Below are positions 1-10,478 of a stretch of DNA of 64,000 nt, piece after piece (position 1 is the stretch's first letter; the number at the start of each line of letters is the position of its first letter). The notes beneath the pieces were generated by a model, which made no database searches, was not told the origin of the DNA, and saw nothing but the letters and a program-made list of their open reading frames with translations. A program made the translations under genes and the position numbers. The stretch lies in IMG/VR virus record IMGVR_UViG_3300042923_000569, positions 186,001 to 250,000 of that record; one strand, given 5' to 3'.

Positions 1-258
1 ATAAGAATAAACGTACTTGTTACCAGCGACTACGGTATTAGTACTCGCATGAATATTAGTATTTCCTTGTGAAATACGATCAAAGAAACGTTCACGCTTC
101 ATAGGTTTGAAAAAACCAGTATGGTTTTTACAATAATTTCGATAGTAACGTTCAAGTATATCATAAGCTTCTACGTGAATTAGTCGGATGATTTCACGAT
201 AAGAGCCAAAGTGTTTTAGAATATCTTGAGATTGTTCTTCTGTTAGTTTGAATTCCAT
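1..258 (-). CDS. hypothetical protein, runs off the window edge
   Basis: ATG at 258 (MEFKLTEEQSQ...), frame open to base 1, overlaps end of upstream gene. Confidence 0.55.
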   Translation of the reverse strand, partial: MEFKLTEEQSQDILKHFGSYREIIRLIHVEAYDILERYYRNYCKNHTGFFKPMKRERFFDRISQGNTNIHASTNTVVAGNKYVYSY

Positions 259-791
259 TTAATAGCCCTGTTATATAAAAGATCTATTTGTTCTAACCAT
301 TTAATATCAGATTCATCAAACTCAAATGGCTTTGATGCATAGTTAATCAAAGTACTGTACTTGGTATGAAGTTCATAATTAAAAATGAAATAATCTGTAA
401 GTATTGCAGCTTCTTCAAGCATATCCAGTTCACTTTCAGTGAATCCGGGAACACCATAACTGGTAAAGATAGTATCAAATATCTTAGAATGAAATGTATG
501 TCTGAAAACTTTAAATGGTTTATTGAAAAAAGTTTTATCAAATAATGATGGATAGTTATGATTAAAATCTGTAAATCTTACACCCGACCAAGATAAATGT
601 TTACAGAATTTTTCAAAATCACAGGGTTTCCAAGTAAATAAACTAATTTTAAAATTATCAATATAATCATAGTACTTTGATAAAATTAGAAGATGTACTT
701 TTTCACTAATAGCGTACTGATAATCTGCAATAAGTGAGAACTTACTTATCAGTTCATTAGTTTCTGCTGGTGTATACGGACGTAGTTTCAT
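243..791 (-). CDS. hypothetical protein
   Basis: 182-aa ORF with AAGGA RBS. Confidence 0.75.
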   Translation of the reverse strand: MKLRPYTPAETNELISKFSLIADYQYAISEKVHLLILSKYYDYIDNFKISLFTWKPCDFEKFCKHLSWSGVRFTDFNHNYPSLFDKTFFNKPFKVFRHTFHSKIFDTIFTSYGVPGFTESELDMLEEAAILTDYFIFNYELHTKYSTLINYASKPFEFDESDIKWLEQIDLLYNRAIKWNSN

Positions 792-806
792 ATTTTCCTT
801 AAAAAT

Positions 807-828
807 AAAGCCGCAATTAAGCGGCTTT
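807..828. terminator. intrinsic terminator
   Basis: AAAGCCGC-AATTAA-GCGGCTTT hairpin after the 834..1280 stop. Confidence 0.7.
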
Positions 829-833
829 AATAA

Positions 834-1280
834 TTACTTCGCAATGTAGTTGTATTTGCTTAGATCGTTACTGTCAAGGATGCCGCAATCATATCCGTAC
901 TGTAAAATAATATCAAAACCTTCATCAACTTTACGCACAACATCTGCATAACGTTTGATATCAGAAGAATTGTCTTCTACTGATTTGATTAGCATATTAA
1001 GTACTGGTGCCATATGAGGTGCATGTAACTTCTGAAAGCGAGGTCGGCGTGTCGCTGCAAGAATATCATTCCATGAAGGAACAAAAGTCTCACCGCGAGT
1101 AGGAATATTCGCAAGAGTTATAGGAAAACTGCGATTATTACGCTTCATGAAATCTTCTTGTGCCGTGCGATAACCTCGACGGAACAATGGATGCATCTGC
1201 TTTAGTTGTTCATTTGAAAGTACTTCATTCTTCTTTTCCTGGAAGAATTCATATCCAAGATTATAATGGTTGGTGCTCAT
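834..1280 (-). CDS. hypothetical protein
   Basis: 148-aa ORF in packed operon. Confidence 0.75.
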   Translation of the reverse strand: MSTNHYNLGYEFFQEKKNEVLSNEQLKQMHPLFRRGYRTAQEDFMKRNNRSFPITLANIPTRGETFVPSWNDILAATRRPRFQKLHAPHMAPVLNMLIKSVEDNSSDIKRYADVVRKVDEGFDIILQYGYDCGILDSNDLSKYNYIAK

Positions 1281-1285
1281 CTATC

Positions 1286-1573
1286 TCAATCCTTTAGTAC
1301 TGCAACTTTCGTATTGAAAGCTCCTTTAGTATTACGTAATTCTATTGCATGTTCGAAAAGATAATCAGAATCAATATTCTTCGCCACAAGAAACTGACAA
1401 ACTAAATCTAGAATATCAGCCATTGCGTCTAGTACTGGTTCTGCTTCATCTGCATCTTTAATGCTAAGTGCAGTACTGGAAATTTGTTCCAATGCAACAC
1501 TCATAAACTCTGAAGTACTTATTGACTCGGAGTTGTTGGGAACATCATTTCCCCGAACTAAAGTTTTATTCAT
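1286..1573 (-). CDS. MazG-like / phosphoribosyl-ATP pyrophosphohydrolase-like protein, divergent
   Basis: NKTLVR start, DAMADILDLV and R..KGAF end resemble the small all-alpha NTP pyrophosphohydrolases; acidic EE motif looks degenerate. Confidence 0.45.
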   Translation of the reverse strand: MNKTLVRGNDVPNNSESISTSEFMSVALEQISSTALSIKDADEAEPVLDAMADILDLVCQFLVAKNIDSDYLFEHAIELRNTKGAFNTKVAVLKD

Positions 1574-1583
1574 AATTTATATT

Positions 1584-2267
1584 TTAAACCCAATCGAAAG
1601 AACCATCACGGCGTTTAACTTTGTACTGACCTAGTTCATTACGTTCACCCACAAGAATTCCATCAACGAAACCTTTAGTACCGTAGTTTAGAGATTCTTC
1701 TGCGTTCAACCACAAATCACGGTCAACATCTACTAAGAACTGTTTGTATGGTACACCAACAGCTTCAGCGATTTGTGAAGTTAAAAGTTCATTCAAACGG
1801 TCAGAGTGTGCTAGTGCAATTTTCTGATCAGTAATTAGACCTTTAGTACCTGATGATACTTGGTGTGCCATAATGAATGAATCTGCACCCATCAAACGCA
1901 TACCTGGAGTACCCATTACTGATTGAGTATAGCAACCCATACTTGCAGCATAACCCATTACAATAGTTTTAATAGGTGAACGACAGTTTTTAACTACATC
2001 TTTAATTCCAAGACCAGCATGAACTGAACCACCTGGGGAACTAATGAAAAGTGTAATTGGTTTGTCATTACGTGAATCAAGATACTGAAGTTGCATTTTG
2101 ATTACGTGAGCCATCTGATCATTAAAATCAGAATCGATAAAAATAAGGCGGTCTTGCATCATACGTGATGCTAGATCATAAGAACGTTCACTATCACCGG
2201 AACGCTCAAGTACGTATGGAATGGTTAGAGAAGTAGGGGTCATATCTTGAGTAGTTTTATCAAACAT
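1584..2267 (-). CDS. clpP: ATP-dependent Clp protease proteolytic subunit
   Basis: ISSPGGSV, YAASMG (catalytic Ser), MAHQ (His), DRDLWL (Asp). Confidence 0.92.
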   Translation of the reverse strand: MFDKTTQDMTPTSLTIPYVLERSGDSERSYDLASRMMQDRLIFIDSDFNDQMAHVIKMQLQYLDSRNDKPITLFISSPGGSVHAGLGIKDVVKNCRSPIKTIVMGYAASMGCYTQSVMGTPGMRLMGADSFIMAHQVSSGTKGLITDQKIALAHSDRLNELLTSQIAEAVGVPYKQFLVDVDRDLWLNAEESLNYGTKGFVDGILVGERNELGQYKVKRRDGSFDWV

Positions 2268-2276
2268 CTTAAATCC

Positions 2277-2708
2277 TTATTTTGAAATATCGCCAGAAAT
2301 GGTGCTACAATTGCCACCAATAATTTTAGATTGTACATCACCTGATACTGTAGTTACGTTTCCGGCTACATCATCACACTTCACATCTCCTGATGTTGTG
2401 GAAATATTACCATGAACATTTTCACATGCTACGTCACCGGAGATTGTTTTAATTCCATTCGTTACGTTGGCACAAGTAATTGTACCTGCACCCAACTCAA
2501 TTGATTCAACGTCACCATTGATTTCAATATTAATGTTTACGTCATCACCAAATGCTGGCACACCATCAACCATTACAACAGTACCGCCAGATGAGCTTTT
2601 CTTGATAACAAGATCCTGTCCAGTGATGTTTTTACCATTAACAATGATTTGTGTGTTTTGTTTTGTCACCATTTGCATAAGACGCATCATTGAATCATTA
2701 CTTGCCAT
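2277..2708 (-). CDS. beta-helix repeat protein (DUF4097-like)
   Basis: repeated T(I/T/V)SGD(V/I) units in the C-terminal half. Confidence 0.55.
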   Translation of the reverse strand: MASNDSMMRLMQMVTKQNTQIIVNGKNITGQDLVIKKSSSGGTVVMVDGVPAFGDDVNINIEINGDVESIELGAGTITCANVTNGIKTISGDVACENVHGNISTTSGDVKCDDVAGNVTTVSGDVQSKIIGGNCSTISGDISK

Positions 2709-2709
2709 G

Positions 2710-3504
2710 TTACACCTCTACGGTCAAAGTACTGTTAAAGTTTTTATTCTCAGGAGTCCCATTACTAAGCATATATCCATGTGGATTACATAGTACTTGT
2801 GTATTACCAATCATGTAATCATGAGAGGAATGAACATGTCCATGAATCCAAAGGTCTACGCCTAAACTTTCAATGAAACCTTCCATGTTAGAACAATAAC
2901 AGCCGTTCAGATTATCGTCCTTAAAATACGGGTCAACACTACCAAAGCTTGGAGCGTGGTGCGTCATTACCACCGTTTTTAAATTATCGCATACTTCTCG
3001 TTGATTGTCAAGACATTTCTGCAAAAATGTTTTAGTTTTATAATGCAGAAATTCAAGATCATCAGGGCTGACTTTACGCTGCCAGTACTGTTCTGGTGGT
3101 CCCGTCCTGATGTACTTGTAATCATTCATACAAAGTTGTGCTTGTAACTTCGTAATAGGATTAGAATTATCGTAGTCTGTCCAGAGCGTTCCCCCTAATA
3201 CAAGAACATCACCAAATATACGAAATTCATCATTTAGAAAATGAAAATTACCGAACTCATGTTCGAATGCTTTAAGTACTCGGTGAGTTTTGTTGAAATT
3301 TGAACCATAATATTCATGATTGCCAGTAATCATTACAACTTCATCAAACTTAGAAGTAAGTGCTGAAAGTATTTCTCTGTACTGACCTGTGCGGCGAGTT
3401 TCGTGAATATCACCAGGAATCAAAAGAATCGTATCTTTCTGATTAGGCAAATCATTAATAAAATCAGACTGGCCATGTAAGTCCGACATTACTGTAAATT
3501 TCAT
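2710..3504 (-). CDS. calcineurin-like metallophosphoesterase
   Basis: SDLH, PGDI, GNHEYY, THHAP, HGHVH motifs. Confidence 0.9.
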   Translation of the reverse strand: MKFTVMSDLHGQSDFINDLPNQKDTILLIPGDIHETRRTGQYREILSALTSKFDEVVMITGNHEYYGSNFNKTHRVLKAFEHEFGNFHFLNDEFRIFGDVLVLGGTLWTDYDNSNPITKLQAQLCMNDYKYIRTGPPEQYWQRKVSPDDLEFLHYKTKTFLQKCLDNQREVCDNLKTVVMTHHAPSFGSVDPYFKDDNLNGCYCSNMEGFIESLGVDLWIHGHVHSSHDYMIGNTQVLCNPHGYMLSNGTPENKNFNSTLTVEV

Positions 3505-3871
3505 CCATACACCTTAAGTATTCTTCAATGTCTTCACATGAATTTGCGGGTATTTTTAAACTTTTGAGATTTTTTAAAATACCAACTCCATGTAAACTAA
3601 TTCCATTATGAAATGTACATAATGAAAACTCAGTATCACCTATATTGTCGAGTATTGTACCACGCTGCCAAGTGTTGTCAACACGTTCGTATCGATTTTT
3701 TACAAAATAATAAGAATCATATCTTAAATCAACCAACGCAATCTGCGAACTATACAACATTATCTCGCGAGGAAGACGGTACGTTGATAAAAAATTCTGT
3801 GCAGTAACATTTTCAATATATGGAAGTACTAATATCGTTTTGGTATCTATGTTATTGATGTAAATTAACAT
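3464..3871 (-). CDS. hypothetical protein
   Basis: 135-aa ORF overlapping both neighbours. Confidence 0.65.
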   Translation of the reverse strand: MLIYINNIDTKTILVLPYIENVTAQNFLSTYRLPREIMLYSSQIALVDLRYDSYYFVKNRYERVDNTWQRGTILDNIGDTEFSLCTFHNGISLHGVGILKNLKSLKIPANSCEDIEEYLRCMDEIYSNVGLTWPV

Positions 3872-5283
3872 TCCAACTTCGCTAATTTTTCACGCAACAC
3901 ATGTACCGCAGATTCTTTAATCTCAAGAATTCGTTCGTATGTATCAGCAGTATTTTTATCAAAACGGAATTCAACAAATACGGGTAAGAAGATACTCATT
4001 TGACCAGTACGTTTATCTTTAGTCAATGAAGTACTTTCAACAGTGGCAATAGCACCATCAATTTCACTCCATCGTTCCATCATTGTCATTGGGGTCCATT
4101 CTACATCTTTTTCTTTAAATCCAGTACCGCATCCTACAACAATAATACCATCAGCAGATTCAAGAATTAACGATCCAATTCCACCAGCACGCTTACCTTC
4201 ACCTTCGTTATAACCAATAATACGAAGATCGAACTGCATTTTTAATTTTAGTTTTAACTGCTTAGGAGAAGTGTGTGATTTCCAAATACCAGATTCACAT
4301 TTAAGAATAGATCCTTCTTCACCTTGTTCAATCATTTCAGTGTTAAAATCAAACGCCTGACCAATATCAACACATTTGCGATATTCAACCATTCGAACGA
4401 ATTCAGACTCTAAAGTACTGATTGCTGCTTCTAGAATTTCCCGGCGTTCTTTACGTTCAACTTCCCATAAACCATTCTGGAATGCATCAAATGGTAGAAC
4501 ATCCCACAAAACAAAAACTACACGCATTGCTTCCTGTGTACTAATACTATCTTTTCCTGCTTTCTGAATAATACCGTTACCAGTTTCGCGATTTAGAATT
4601 TTACCATCATTGTCGATAACAAGACATTCGCCGTTGAATACAACACCACTGGAAAAACGATCATCATTTGCCTGGACATTCTTAGCAAGCTGAACCATAT
4701 CAGCATCTTTCATTCCTAAGAAGTCGTAAACTTTACCATTCCTTGAAGTACAAAGTAATGAATCATTCACTACTGCACTGTTTAAGTACTGTCCATCCAT
4801 TTTAACTTCAGCTACTGCGTAACCATGAGTTTTGAATGAAGTAATATTTTGGACGGTTTTTTCATTTACCAAAGAACAACGCATATAAGGCTCGTCTTTA
4901 ATAAACCCTTTACCATATACGTCATTTGCATTCTTTTCCTGAACACCACAATCGAGATTCTTTAAAACAACTTTACGAAGTACTTCAGCATCTTCTTCTG
5001 ATACAGAACCTAATAGTTCAGCAAGATATTGACGACCCGCATTACCCGTTAATTTACGAGTATATAAAACGTCAAGTGCATCAAGACCTTCTGTAAGAGT
5101 TAGTGACTTATCAGTTTCGATTGCTTCTGGTAATTTTTTAATACCACTTACAATAGAAGGCTCAAGTGCTAACTGAATTGCACGCTTAAGATCGATGTTA
5201 TTAATATTTTCGGTGAGAATATCTTTCTTTGCGTTAGTACTTGCAGTGTTTTTAATCTTTAAAATAATATCTAAAACTGACAT
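3865..5283 (-). CDS. ATP-dependent DNA ligase (T4 gp30-like)
   Basis: EVKMDG adenylation motif, NGECL, EEGSILK, C-terminal FLPVFVEFRFDK. Confidence 0.92.
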   Translation of the reverse strand: MSVLDIILKIKNTASTNAKKDILTENINNIDLKRAIQLALEPSIVSGIKKLPEAIETDKSLTLTEGLDALDVLYTRKLTGNAGRQYLAELLGSVSEEDAEVLRKVVLKNLDCGVQEKNANDVYGKGFIKDEPYMRCSLVNEKTVQNITSFKTHGYAVAEVKMDGQYLNSAVVNDSLLCTSRNGKVYDFLGMKDADMVQLAKNVQANDDRFSSGVVFNGECLVIDNDGKILNRETGNGIIQKAGKDSISTQEAMRVVFVLWDVLPFDAFQNGLWEVERKERREILEAAISTLESEFVRMVEYRKCVDIGQAFDFNTEMIEQGEEGSILKCESGIWKSHTSPKQLKLKLKMQFDLRIIGYNEGEGKRAGGIGSLILESADGIIVVGCGTGFKEKDVEWTPMTMMERWSEIDGAIATVESTSLTKDKRTGQMSIFLPVFVEFRFDKNTADTYERILEIKESAVHVLREKLAKLEC

Positions 5284-5306
5284 TCAAATTCCTTTAAAAC
5301 GGGTCA

Positions 5307-6545
5307 TCAGCCCCGTAGAGTATAATATCCAACTTCAATTGTTTCAGGTAACGCCATTGTACTTAGACGAGATTTGCCACGACTGTACCCGTAGCTGTAG
5401 GTGTCAAATGGGCTGTTATAACCAATTAATGTTCTACAACCATCGTAATCAACATGCGTAACTGGCACATTTGTAACAGCATCATACCCTAAAATAGGGT
5501 AAATTGCAAGTGCTTCTGGTTCATAATCGCTGCTGTAATTTCGTACAGAAAAATATTCTTTTTGAGAATTACGAGCAGTTGTATGAGTACATAAGTATCC
5601 AAATATTTGATTGTCACCAATTTTATAAACTTTATTAATATTAACACAATTAACATCATCTAATGGAACTTCAATATATTCCATCTTTAAATCTTCTGCC
5701 TTGAAAGGCTTTAGATTAACACAAAAAGCACTTACATAGTGAGGAACATAATTGTCGTAGTACGTTTCATTAGAAACAGTTTCATGAATAGTTTTAATTT
5801 GTTCATTCATTTCATGAACTACTTTATCACGATCAATTCCATCTACATGACCAGTTACCGTGAATCCGTCAAACAATTTAGAAACTGCATAGTACCGTCC
5901 ATCTTTCATATCTTTGAGAATGAAACGTAAAGTACTTTTCTCATTAAGTTCACATACATTATTTTTATTATTACTAATAACGTGCATCTTACCACAGAAT
6001 ACATAATTCCATGTTAGAGTTGGGCGGTAGTTATTCGAGAACTCATAAACCATTTGAACAGTATCACCAACTTCAAGCTCTTTAGTTTTCTCTGCTTCAG
6101 CTTTCTTATGTTCTTCTTGTTCAATTAGACCAGAAAAAAGTTTAGTTTTCTGATTTACCAATTTCTTATTATGTGTGAAGAATAGTGGATCTTGGAACTC
6201 ACCTTCAACAATAGTGTTTGTTTCTAACAAATCACAAAGGTTGTCTGAAGTAATTTCAAACTCAAAACCATCGGGATGCATGATTCGCCATACCACGTTA
6301 GACGTACTGTAACGGCTCACATTCGTTACCATTCGGAATCCAGTACGTGGCTCATTACTTACGTAAATCGGCTCCATAACGGGAACTGTGCTGGTTCTAT
6401 AGGGGGTAGCCCATTGATCAGCTTTCTTCTTTGAGTTCTCAAATGCTTTAGTATGTTCTTTGTCAGCAACTACCATCCATCCTAAAACTTCTTCAGATGA
6501 ACGGTATACACGTGCTACATAAAACTTTCCCGGTACTGCTACCAT
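5307..6545 (-). CDS. conserved phage hypothetical protein
   Basis: 412-aa ORF with RBS; NEPRTGF...HPDGFEFEIT segment. Confidence 0.75.
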   Translation of the reverse strand: MVAVPGKFYVARVYRSSEEVLGWMVVADKEHTKAFENSKKKADQWATPYRTSTVPVMEPIYVSNEPRTGFRMVTNVSRYSTSNVVWRIMHPDGFEFEITSDNLCDLLETNTIVEGEFQDPLFFTHNKKLVNQKTKLFSGLIEQEEHKKAEAEKTKELEVGDTVQMVYEFSNNYRPTLTWNYVFCGKMHVISNNKNNVCELNEKSTLRFILKDMKDGRYYAVSKLFDGFTVTGHVDGIDRDKVVHEMNEQIKTIHETVSNETYYDNYVPHYVSAFCVNLKPFKAEDLKMEYIEVPLDDVNCVNINKVYKIGDNQIFGYLCTHTTARNSQKEYFSVRNYSSDYEPEALAIYPILGYDAVTNVPVTHVDYDGCRTLIGYNSPFDTYSYGYSRGKSRLSTMALPETIEVGYYTLRG

Positions 6546-6555
6546 GAAATTATCC

Positions 6556-7026
6556 TTATTTTGCTAGTGGTAGATATGCAATTGCTTCAAATACACCGAA
6601 TGCAAACTTGCCATAAATGTCATAAATTTCTAACATTAGTGCTTCACGTTCTGGAGTATCAGGCTTTATGGAACGAATTAGACCCATATACTCAATCGCA
6701 TCTTCTGGCATAATAATGCTGATACTAGTTAGTGCATTGTTAATACCAGGTTCAAAGAATGGAGCAAATGGAAGATAAACGTCAGGGTTATGTTTAGCCC
6801 ACACTTCCATATTTTCTAGTAATGTTACTAGATTATCATGCATACCACCTTGTAGAACAATTGTGGTTTTATGATACTTAGCCCAATCAAAAATTACACA
6901 CGCCTTATCTGAGGTTGCGGAATTTGTCATTGGATATTTTACAAATAGTTCAGCAGTACTGTGTTGTGTTTGAATTCCTGCATGAATTCCAGCAGTGTAC
7001 ATATTAGTGATACTATAAAGACGCAT
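6556..7026 (-). CDS. peptidyl-tRNA hydrolase 2-like protein
   Basis: GIQTQH...W...KTTIVL...FFEPGIN.ALTSI pattern resembles the Pth2 fold. Confidence 0.5.
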   Translation of the reverse strand: MRLYSITNMYTAGIHAGIQTQHSTAELFVKYPMTNSATSDKACVIFDWAKYHKTTIVLQGGMHDNLVTLLENMEVWAKHNPDVYLPFAPFFEPGINNALTSISIIMPEDAIEYMGLIRSIKPDTPEREALMLEIYDIYGKFAFGVFEAIAYLPLAK

Positions 7027-7805
7027 TATGATTCCTTGATTGTATATCCATACTCACTACCCCATTCATCTGGAACAATAGTATAGAACTTCATTAAATG
7101 TGTTTCATCATTCATGGTAGCTATCGTGAACTGACCACTTCTGAATTGGGTATCTAGCCAAACCCTATTACCAAATACTAACGGTTCTGTTACGCCAGTA
7201 TGACCATGTATTACATAATCAACATTACTTACAACCGCCTCTAACTTTTCTTTTTGTGGAACTTGGTTATCATATACTGCATATTGAATCGCATCTCGAT
7301 CCCAAATAAGTTGATAACGATATTCGGCACTATCTTCAGCCCATTGCTTGATTATTTCCCAATCACTAACATTAGAATAATGTGGAATTCCTGCATGTGC
7401 AATTCCTAGTTTATAACCCCTGTGATTCACTTCAATTAGATAAGGTACGTCATCTAGTAGTTTACAGAAATGAGTAATACCGGGCTGGCCGATTTCATCA
7501 AGAGTTTCTTGACCACCATTATGTAACCAATTCAAATTCCACTCACGACTAGTTTGTGCACGAATCATCATATTTTCATGATTACCTAAAACCATATAAC
7601 GATTTTCTTTGGTAAGGAATTCGAATAACATCTTTGCATTATTCTTCCCACGATCAACCAAATCACCAACGCTGATTAATACATCATCATCAGTGATTCC
7701 TAGTTCTTTTAGTGTTTTTTCAAATAGTTCATAGTTTCCGTGAACATCACCAATTACAAATACACGTTTGTCATCTGGAACATCAATAATTTTTACGAAA
7801 CTCAT
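7026..7805 (-). CDS. Ser/Thr protein phosphatase (lambda-phosphatase/PrpA family)
   Basis: GDVHG, GDLVDRG, GNHE, HAG, HGHT. Confidence 0.92.
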   Translation of the reverse strand: MSFVKIIDVPDDKRVFVIGDVHGNYELFEKTLKELGITDDDVLISVGDLVDRGKNNAKMLFEFLTKENRYMVLGNHENMMIRAQTSREWNLNWLHNGGQETLDEIGQPGITHFCKLLDDVPYLIEVNHRGYKLGIAHAGIPHYSNVSDWEIIKQWAEDSAEYRYQLIWDRDAIQYAVYDNQVPQKEKLEAVVSNVDYVIHGHTGVTEPLVFGNRVWLDTQFRSGQFTIATMNDETHLMKFYTIVPDEWGSEYGYTIKES

Positions 7806-7828
7806 TTCTTACATTCTCCAGATTAATC

Positions 7829-8146
7829 TTATTCTATGAATTCTTCTTCTATTTCTTTATCTTTAACCAGTTCATCTTCTTCTTTCTTATAACCGATAGG
7901 TAACAGATTCTTAGTCCTGAAGAATGCAAATTCATTATAATTAGGTAATGCACAACCCCACCAATCATCATATGGAGTGTTCATATCTCCATAGCTAAAG
8001 ATACAGATCCTATTTTTAATTGGATCATAGTACTCGGTAGCACCAGTTTCAAGTTTATAAACAACTTCAACAGTAGTGCCATTAAATTCAGGCAATTCTA
8101 CTAAATTGATTAGTACAGAAAGTACTCCAGGAGCTATTTCACCCAT
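7829..8146 (-). CDS. hypothetical protein
   Basis: 105-aa ORF. Confidence 0.7.
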   Translation of the reverse strand: MGEIAPGVLSVLINLVELPEFNGTTVEVVYKLETGATEYYDPIKNRICIFSYGDMNTPYDDWWGCALPNYNEFAFFRTKNLLPIGYKKEEDELVKDKEIEEEFIE

Positions 8147-9059
8147 GTTCCACCTCGTGTGCTTTCAATAAATGTTGATTAGCTTTAAATCGTTTAATAT
8201 AATCGTCTTCACCAAATTTACGATACATTGAAACTACAGTATTGAAGTTTTCCCATGCATATTCACGAAACCATCCAGAAGTAATACTACTACAAACTTT
8301 TACTAGTGCAGTTATAAAACTCTGACGTGGATCAATCTCAAAGTTATTAGGAATCTGTGAACGCTCAAGAGCTAATACACAGGTTTCTTCGTAAACACCT
8401 AATAGCTTAATATAATCACTCTGTGCAAAGAATTTTTCTTTGCTTGTCATTACATCAGCACCTTCTACAATATAATTCATATATGCAGGTTTATCGGTGA
8501 TTTTAATTGCTTCGTGAATAGTATCATGATCGTAGACATAATCCACGCCATCACCACTAAAGAAGCTTGCTTTGTTCTGGTCAAGTACTGGATGCTTGTA
8601 GTTATACGTTTCTTTTTCACGCAATTTGAAGATTTCGTATAGTACTGGATCATCCATATTCGCACCTAATTTACGCATTTGCATAATATCACGAAGTGTC
8701 TTTAAGAAATGTGGAGAATTACGCAAGTAACGATGAGACATTTTAATTGCATAAAGTACATTTAAACCAGCAGTAACTACTTTATTATCAGAATTACAGT
8801 AGTTAATTAACTGCTCAGTACTGTTGTTATCATGACCTAGATAAATCTCAACATTATCGTAACCATATGCATTTTTAACATGCACATAATCTGACGTATC
8901 TTTGATAATTTCCATATCTGGAAATTGTACCGACCATGTATTAAGAACAATGGTGTCATATTCGTCATAGGTCATCATAACATCTAAATCAGATTCATGA
9001 TTAACAGGTCTTGCTGGTTTAGCATATTCTTTATATGCAGTACTACCAATAATTAACAT
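8139..9059 (-). CDS. putative nucleotidyltransferase-fold protein
   Basis: N-terminal IIGS...SDLDV (GS, DxD); YDHDTIH. Confidence 0.5.
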   Translation of the reverse strand: MLIIGSTAYKEYAKPARPVNHESDLDVMMTYDEYDTIVLNTWSVQFPDMEIIKDTSDYVHVKNAYGYDNVEIYLGHDNNSTEQLINYCNSDNKVVTAGLNVLYAIKMSHRYLRNSPHFLKTLRDIMQMRKLGANMDDPVLYEIFKLREKETYNYKHPVLDQNKASFFSGDGVDYVYDHDTIHEAIKITDKPAYMNYIVEGADVMTSKEKFFAQSDYIKLLGVYEETCVLALERSQIPNNFEIDPRQSFITALVKVCSSITSGWFREYAWENFNTVVSMYRKFGEDDYIKRFKANQHLLKAHEVEHG

Positions 9060-9712
9060 TAGTAATCCTCGTCGTAATCATTACCATCATATGAGTGGTT
9101 GATTGAAATATAATTAATAACATCTTCTAGAGATTTAGTTACATATACATCACGACGGCGGTGCCACGAAATAATAGAAACAATCCATTCTTCACGATCA
9201 GTATCGAAGAACAATGAATACGAACCATATTCAGATAGAGTATATTCAAATATTCCAAATACTTTAATATTAGGGCGTGTATCATCGATACCTTCAATAG
9301 TCTTCATATGTGGAAGTACTTTATTAATAATATCGATAGTCTGTTGGTTAGTACGTTTATCGGTATACAACATTACCTTTAATCCTTGCTGCTGGATAGA
9401 TGGGTAATATCCACTAGGCCATAGACCTTGATCCTGCCAAAACTTCTCTTTAGCTTTAAAGTGTTCCATACCTTTAGTGTCGCCATCATTTTCTAGATAA
9501 AAGGCGATACGCTGGTCATCAGTCATTTCTGGAGATTCGATTTCTTCCCGTTCAATACATGAAAGTTTATTTTGTAGTGCTTTGATTTCATTGTAGAGAA
9601 AACTAACCTTCTCTTTCAATGGTTCCATTTGATCAAAAACTGCTTCACGTTCTTTCGTTAGTTCTTCAATTTTCATCTTTAATGCTTCTTTAAACATAAT
9701 ATACCCTCTCAA
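9059..9712 (-). CDS. hypothetical protein, N-terminal coiled coil
   Basis: ORF with AATTGAGAG leader; true start probably 9697. Confidence 0.7.
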   Translation of the reverse strand: MRGYIMFKEALKMKIEELTKEREAVFDQMEPLKEKVSFLYNEIKALQNKLSCIEREEIESPEMTDDQRIAFYLENDGDTKGMEHFKAKEKFWQDQGLWPSGYYPSIQQQGLKVMLYTDKRTNQQTIDIINKVLPHMKTIEGIDDTRPNIKVFGIFEYTLSEYGSYSLFFDTDREEWIVSIISWHRRRDVYVTKSLEDVINYISINHSYDGNDYDEDY

Positions 9713-9741
9713 TTAAAATGGGGAATATAATTCCCCTTCTA

Positions 9742-9987
9742 TTAACAAAAATCAGAACTACTCATCCACTTGCCACTTTTTCCGTAACAATCTGCGTAAT
9801 AATCATCTAGATAAAGATAATTTTCTTCATCATCTGGATTACACATTTTGATGATTTCAGAACCCGGATAGAAAGTTTGATCTAGTACTTCAAAGGGTTT
9901 TCCAGTTTCATTGGAAAGTGCTTTACCTTCTTGAATTAGAGCTTCAATTTCTTTTTCAATCTGTTTAATGGTACGTACTTTAGACAT
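9742..9987 (-). CDS. hypothetical protein (WxSSSxxC family)
   Basis: start moved to MSKVRT after AAGGAG RBS; ends GKWMSSSDFC. Confidence 0.7.
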   Translation of the reverse strand: MSKVRTIKQIEKEIEALIQEGKALSNETGKPFEVLDQTFYPGSEIIKMCNPDDEENYLYLDDYYADCYGKSGKWMSSSDFC

Positions 9988-9997
9988 TTTATTTTCC

Positions 9998-10243
9998 TTA
10001 ACAAGTCTGACTTGACGAAACCCAGCCGCCTTGTTCAGCATCTAGATAATATTCATCAACTAACCATTCACCATCTTCACTCTGAAGGTACTGTGGTGGG
10101 TAATAGGTACAACCTGCACCATAAGCAATATCAAGTGAAAATTCCAAACCATGTTCATCTGCAATTTGTACTGCATCCGCAACTGCTTGATCGATTTTTG
10201 CAACTGCTGCATCTAACAGTTGTTTTGCTTCTTGTTCAGTCAT
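9998..10243 (-). CDS. hypothetical protein (WxSSSxxC family)
   Basis: ends GGWVSSSQTC; paralogue of neighbour. Confidence 0.75.
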   Translation of the reverse strand: MTEQEAKQLLDAAVAKIDQAVADAVQIADEHGLEFSLDIAYGAGCTYYPPQYLQSEDGEWLVDEYYLDAEQGGWVSSSQTC

Positions 10244-10244
10244 A

Positions 10245-10478
10245 TTAATAATCCTCGCGTTTCCAAGAGTCGTCGTACCAGGTAGACAACATTTCTTTTA
10301 CTTGTTCAATTTCTTCGTCAGTTGTATCATCACTGAAAGCAGTCTGGTATTCACATACTGGACAGTACCATTCCATTCCTTCATACAACTTAGATTTCAC
10401 TACTTCAATTGTGTCATTGACGAATAGCTCAACGTAGCTATCACCAGATTCACTTTTAATATGCATTGCAATAATCAC
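10245..10478 (-). CDS. hypothetical protein
   Basis: 77-aa acidic ORF in packed array. Confidence 0.65.
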   Translation of the reverse strand: MIIAMHIKSESGDSYVELFVNDTIEVVKSKLYEGMEWYCPVCEYQTAFSDDTTDEEIEQVKEMLSTWYDDSWKREDY

